DNA of 64,000 nt, taken from positions 1-64,000 of the forward strand of contig QPMI01000239.1 in the NCBI GenBank assembly GCA_004431415.1, in the 5' to 3' direction. This DNA comes from Cyanophora paradoxa CCMP329. Lineage: Eukaryota; Plantae; Glaucophyta. Both the position numbers and the translations under genes were made by a program. This document shows, piece by piece, positions 60,789-64,000 of the stretch. Position 1 is the first letter of the stretch; every line of letters starts with the position of its first letter. Below the pieces are notes generated by a model, which had not been told where the DNA came from, did no database searches, and saw nothing but the letters and a program-made list of their open reading frames with translations.

Positions 60789-61540
60789 ATGCGCGCGATG
60801 GAGGGCCAGGCAACTACGAGTCTACGACGTCGACCACTCAAAGTCGCGCTCATAGCTATAGGTGGGGTTGCTACTGCGCTTCTCTGTCTTTTTTATGTGC
60901 TCTTCTTGACTTGCACCGTCCTACCGAGTCGCAGGGGCCTGGGGTCGCTTTGCCTCCGGCTCTGCCGGCTCTGCGATGTGTGCAGGAGGGAGACGTTCGA
61001 CATTCGACATTCGCCTTGCTTCTCCAGTTCCTCGCGCGCGCGTGCTAGTTCACGTGCTTCTCCGGTTCTTCTCCAGTACGCGTGCACGTTACTCGTTTGG
61101 GCCGGGTCGCACATTCGCAGCTGCGAGTGTACGACGTCATCCGGTGCGCTCGCCCCTATTGCAAGCCCTGTGCAACAAGCCCCCGGAGTCAGCCCGGGCC
61201 CGCGGTCGGCTCTGCGACGCGCGCGTGCAGGAGGGAGACGCTTGAAAGGCTGCAGCTGGCGCGCGGAGTGGATGGCGGAGCTCGAGGTGCGGGCGTGCAC
61301 GCCGGGCATATGCATGCCGGTGCTGCCCGTAGCGAGCAACGCTGACCGGGACCTCCACGTGCACCGCCCCTCCCGCACCGCGCAGGGCGTCGCGCACCGC
61401 CGGCGCCCCCGGCCCGCCCTCCCGTCGAGCCCCGCACCCCGGCCGCGACCCCGCTCACCCCGTGCGCCTGCAGGCCTTCGGGGGCCTCGCGAGAGCCCTC
61501 TGCGAGGCGGCCCGCGGCCGGCCTGGCGCCTGACGTGATT
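60789..61540 (+). pseudogene. Probable gene relic or small gene with an internally duplicated exon-intron unit
   Basis: Two diverged copies of LRVYDV...TGCAG|GAGGGAGACG (about 60813-60995 and 61118-61240) with splice-like sites. I could not build a convincing full-length product. Confidence 0.3.
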
Positions 61541-62351
61541 ACCGTTGCCTGCGTGTCTTCGCAAGTATTTCCTCGCACACCGACCATGGGCCTGCAGCTG
61601 GCGGCGCTTCGCTCTCGGCTTGGGCGTCGGCGTCGGCATCCTCCGATGCTCGCGCGCTTCGCGCGGCGGCCTCCGACCCGCAGGCGTCTCCGCGCGGCCC
61701 CATTTTCCTCTTGGATTCCCTCTCCGGCCTCCTGGCCAAGCTGCGAGCGCGATATTAAATGAGTCCTGGCATGCATATGGGTACTTCTCGCGACAAGTTG
61801 AGCTTAGCCATAGATCTATACTAGCTAGAGATTTCGATATCGAAATGTCAACTTTAATTTGTTCATGATATCGATCATGGTCTGCTCGCCACGAGCCGCT
61901 GAGCTTGCCGCAGTGCAATTGCGTTTCCGCGAGCCGCGAGACTTCGAGGCTCCTCGAGGCTTGGGGGGGGGGGGGGGGGGGGATGGCCTCGAGGGCATTA
62001 TTTCGTTTCAATTGCAGGAGGGCATTACAGATCGATTTCATGAGTCACTGAGTCACTGAGTCAAGCAAGAGGCCCGGGGGGGGGCGGGGCGGGGTCCAGC
62101 TGCAAGCCCTGGCTCAGTGGGCAACGTTAACGGGGTTCGCCTAGGCCTGCCTGTACTTGGCCATGGCCACTAACTGCGACGTTCCCAGCTCCGAATTTTC
62201 TCTTTTCTTTTCTTCCCGATCTTCAAATTTTCTTTCAAGTTTGCCCAAGTTGATTCACTGCGTCAACTTGCGCTTGCAAGATTTCTCTTTAATTTGCAAC
62301 AACGCATCTCGGAGTCCGGATCCAGACCTACTGCAGGGGCTAGAGCTGGCC

Positions 62352-62438
62352 GGAAATCCGATGATCTGACTCCGATGATCTGACTCCAGGCCCCGAGGGA
62401 AAAAAACCACACGCGCAGGAAATCCGATGATCTGACTC
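62352..62438. repeat. Three copies of TCCGATGATCTGAC (two tandem, one spaced)
   Basis: Copies at 62357, 62371 and 62423. The first and third are preceded by GGAAA. Confidence 0.85.
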
Positions 62439-62530
62439 GGCGGAAAGAAGTACCACGAATACGAGTTCGGCGGATGCAGGCTATCAAGTAACTGGTCATG
62501 AAGCTGAGCCTAACACTTCGACGAGAGTCT

Positions 62531-64000
62531 TCATCCCGTGCAGTCGAAAGGCCGCGCGATGAGGCGGTCACGCGAAAGCGACGCCGGGGCCGCCCGACGC
62601 GGCGGCCGCGGGGAGGGTCGCGGGGCGCGGTGCGGGGAGCTCGAGGAGGGCGGGGAGGGCGGGGGCGGGGGCGGCGGGGGCGGCGGGGGCCCCCAGGCGA
62701 TGCAGCGCCAGAGGTCGCGGACGGGCTCGAGCTTGGCCTCCTCGTCGCCGAGCTCGGGGAGGAGGCGGCCGGCGAGCAGCAGCACGGGCCCCGCCACGAT
62801 CTCGAGAAAGGCGAGCACGTGCTCCGCCGCCCCGCGCCACGCCCCCGCCAGGTGCTCCGGCAGCCGCCCCTCCTGCCGCCCCCGCGCCACCGCCGCCTGC
62901 CGTGCCGCCACCCCGGGCCCCCACGCCGGCGCAAGCGGGTTCGACCCCTGCTGCTCCGCCCCCTCGCCCGCTGGCGCCGAGGCGGCCGGCTGCTCCGCGC
63001 GGGTTGCGAGGGAGGGGGCGCGGGGAAGGGCGGCGGGGGGGCCCGGGCGGGCGGTGGGGGCCGTCGAGGGGCCCAGCGCGGCGCCCAGGCTGCCGAAGAG
63101 GGGCATGTGGGGGATCGGCGTGAGCCCGCCCCGCGCTGCCCGCCCCCAGTGAGGCCGGCGGCGGGATGCAGAGGGGCGGCAGAGCGCGAGACGGCGGGGG
63201 CGCACAGCGGAGGGAGAAGAAGGAGTTGGCGGAGCTGGCGCCGTCCGACCTGCGCACGACGCGGGGGGACGGGGCGCGACTCAGCGGGCGGCAGCAGCGG
63301 CACCGGCGCGGCGGGGGGCGCGGACGCGATGTTCTCGCCCTCGGCCTCCATCCAGTCGGCCGTCTCCGCGCCGCGCATCTCGGGGAAGAAGCGGTAGCAC
63401 TGCGCCGCCGGCCCCGCCGGGTCGTCCGGGGCGCGGGGCGGGCGCGCGCGCGGGCGGGCCGCACGGTGGAGGGCCCGCAGCGCTCCGCCGCCGACGGGAT
63501 CTGGGCCACGCGCGCGGTCGGGGGCCGGCGTGGGCGGGCCCCGCGAAGCGCGGACCTTGTAGACGTCGACCAGCGAGCAGAAGCGGAAGAGGAAGACGCA
63601 GAGGCGGCGGCGGGCGGCGGGGGAGAGGGACCAGGCGCGCCCGACGTCCCCGCAGCGCAGCGCCTCGTACTCCCCCAGCGCCCCGTCCATCCCCAGCACG
63701 AACGACTGCCCCGAGGGCGGGGCGCTCAGCCGGCGCCGGCGGGGCGGGGCGGGCGCGGGCGGGGGCGGACGAGGGTCTCGGGGCCGCGTCGCCGGCGGCC
63801 TCGAGGCACGCGCCCAGCGCCGTCGCGCAGGCGTCGTCGTACTGTGCCCCGCCCCCCCGCGTCAGCGCCCCGCCGCCTCGTCGCCGGCGGCGCGCGGGCG
63901 CGCCCTGTCGACGTCGCCGATGACCTCTGCGAGGAGCGCGGCGACGCGCTCCTCCGCCCCCCCCGCCCCCTGCCCCGCCCCGGCCCCCGCCGCGCCCTCC
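62531..64000 (-). CDS. 3' part of a multi-exon hypothetical protein (5' end off-window)
   Basis: Coding-like exons (QSFVLGMDGALGEYEALRCGD...FLFRFCSLVDVYK; CYRFFPEMRG; HLAGAWRGAAEHVLAFLEIVAG...WRCIAWG) separated by typical short introns. No family recognised. Confidence 0.6.

Noticed and set aside
62352-62438. Box C/D snoRNA suggested by ATGAT and CTGA words
   Set aside because: No proper RTGATGA box C, spacing or terminal stem. It is a short direct repeat.
1-64000. tRNA, rRNA, snRNA genes or an autonomous transposon
   Set aside because: None recognised by eye. tRNAscan-SE, Infernal and a repeat library would be needed to exclude them.

Overview
Very GC-rich, intron-dense eukaryotic nuclear DNA. 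Most long ORFs in the supplied track are GC-driven shadows, so I assembled genes by hand across short (about 50-100 nt) introns. Two Phe-initial plastid transit peptides (MNAFV..., MEAFA..., each with an internal FFG), several flagellar-type genes and a plastid rps19-like fragment point to a glaucophyte such as Cyanophora (inference). About 17 genes: ABCC transporter (3' end off-window), F-box helicase FBH1, MATH-BTB protein, SF3B3, a small membrane protein with a possible AT-hook, an EFCAB5-like Dpy-30/multi-GAF protein, a multi-IQ protein, a mitochondrial carrier, an EML5/6-like protein, a putative transcription factor, a CCT protein, an SRA/YDG protein, a PB1-like protein, plastid-targeted TauE/SafE and FemAB-like proteins, a probable gene relic, and a partial unknown gene. 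Best finding: a 52-nt AT-rich GT-AG intron (31290-31341) in the mitochondrial carrier gene is itself a piece of plastid rps19 coding sequence (GKTEVIKTWSRASTILP), which suggests an intron created by one organelle-DNA insertion. Also notable: 8 of 17 SF3B3 introns use GC donors; many introns are C-rich at the 5' end and G-rich at the 3' end with no polypyrimidine tract; intergenic DNA is packed with nested palindromes. Exon boundaries are manual and homopolymer indels (probably assembly errors) are present.
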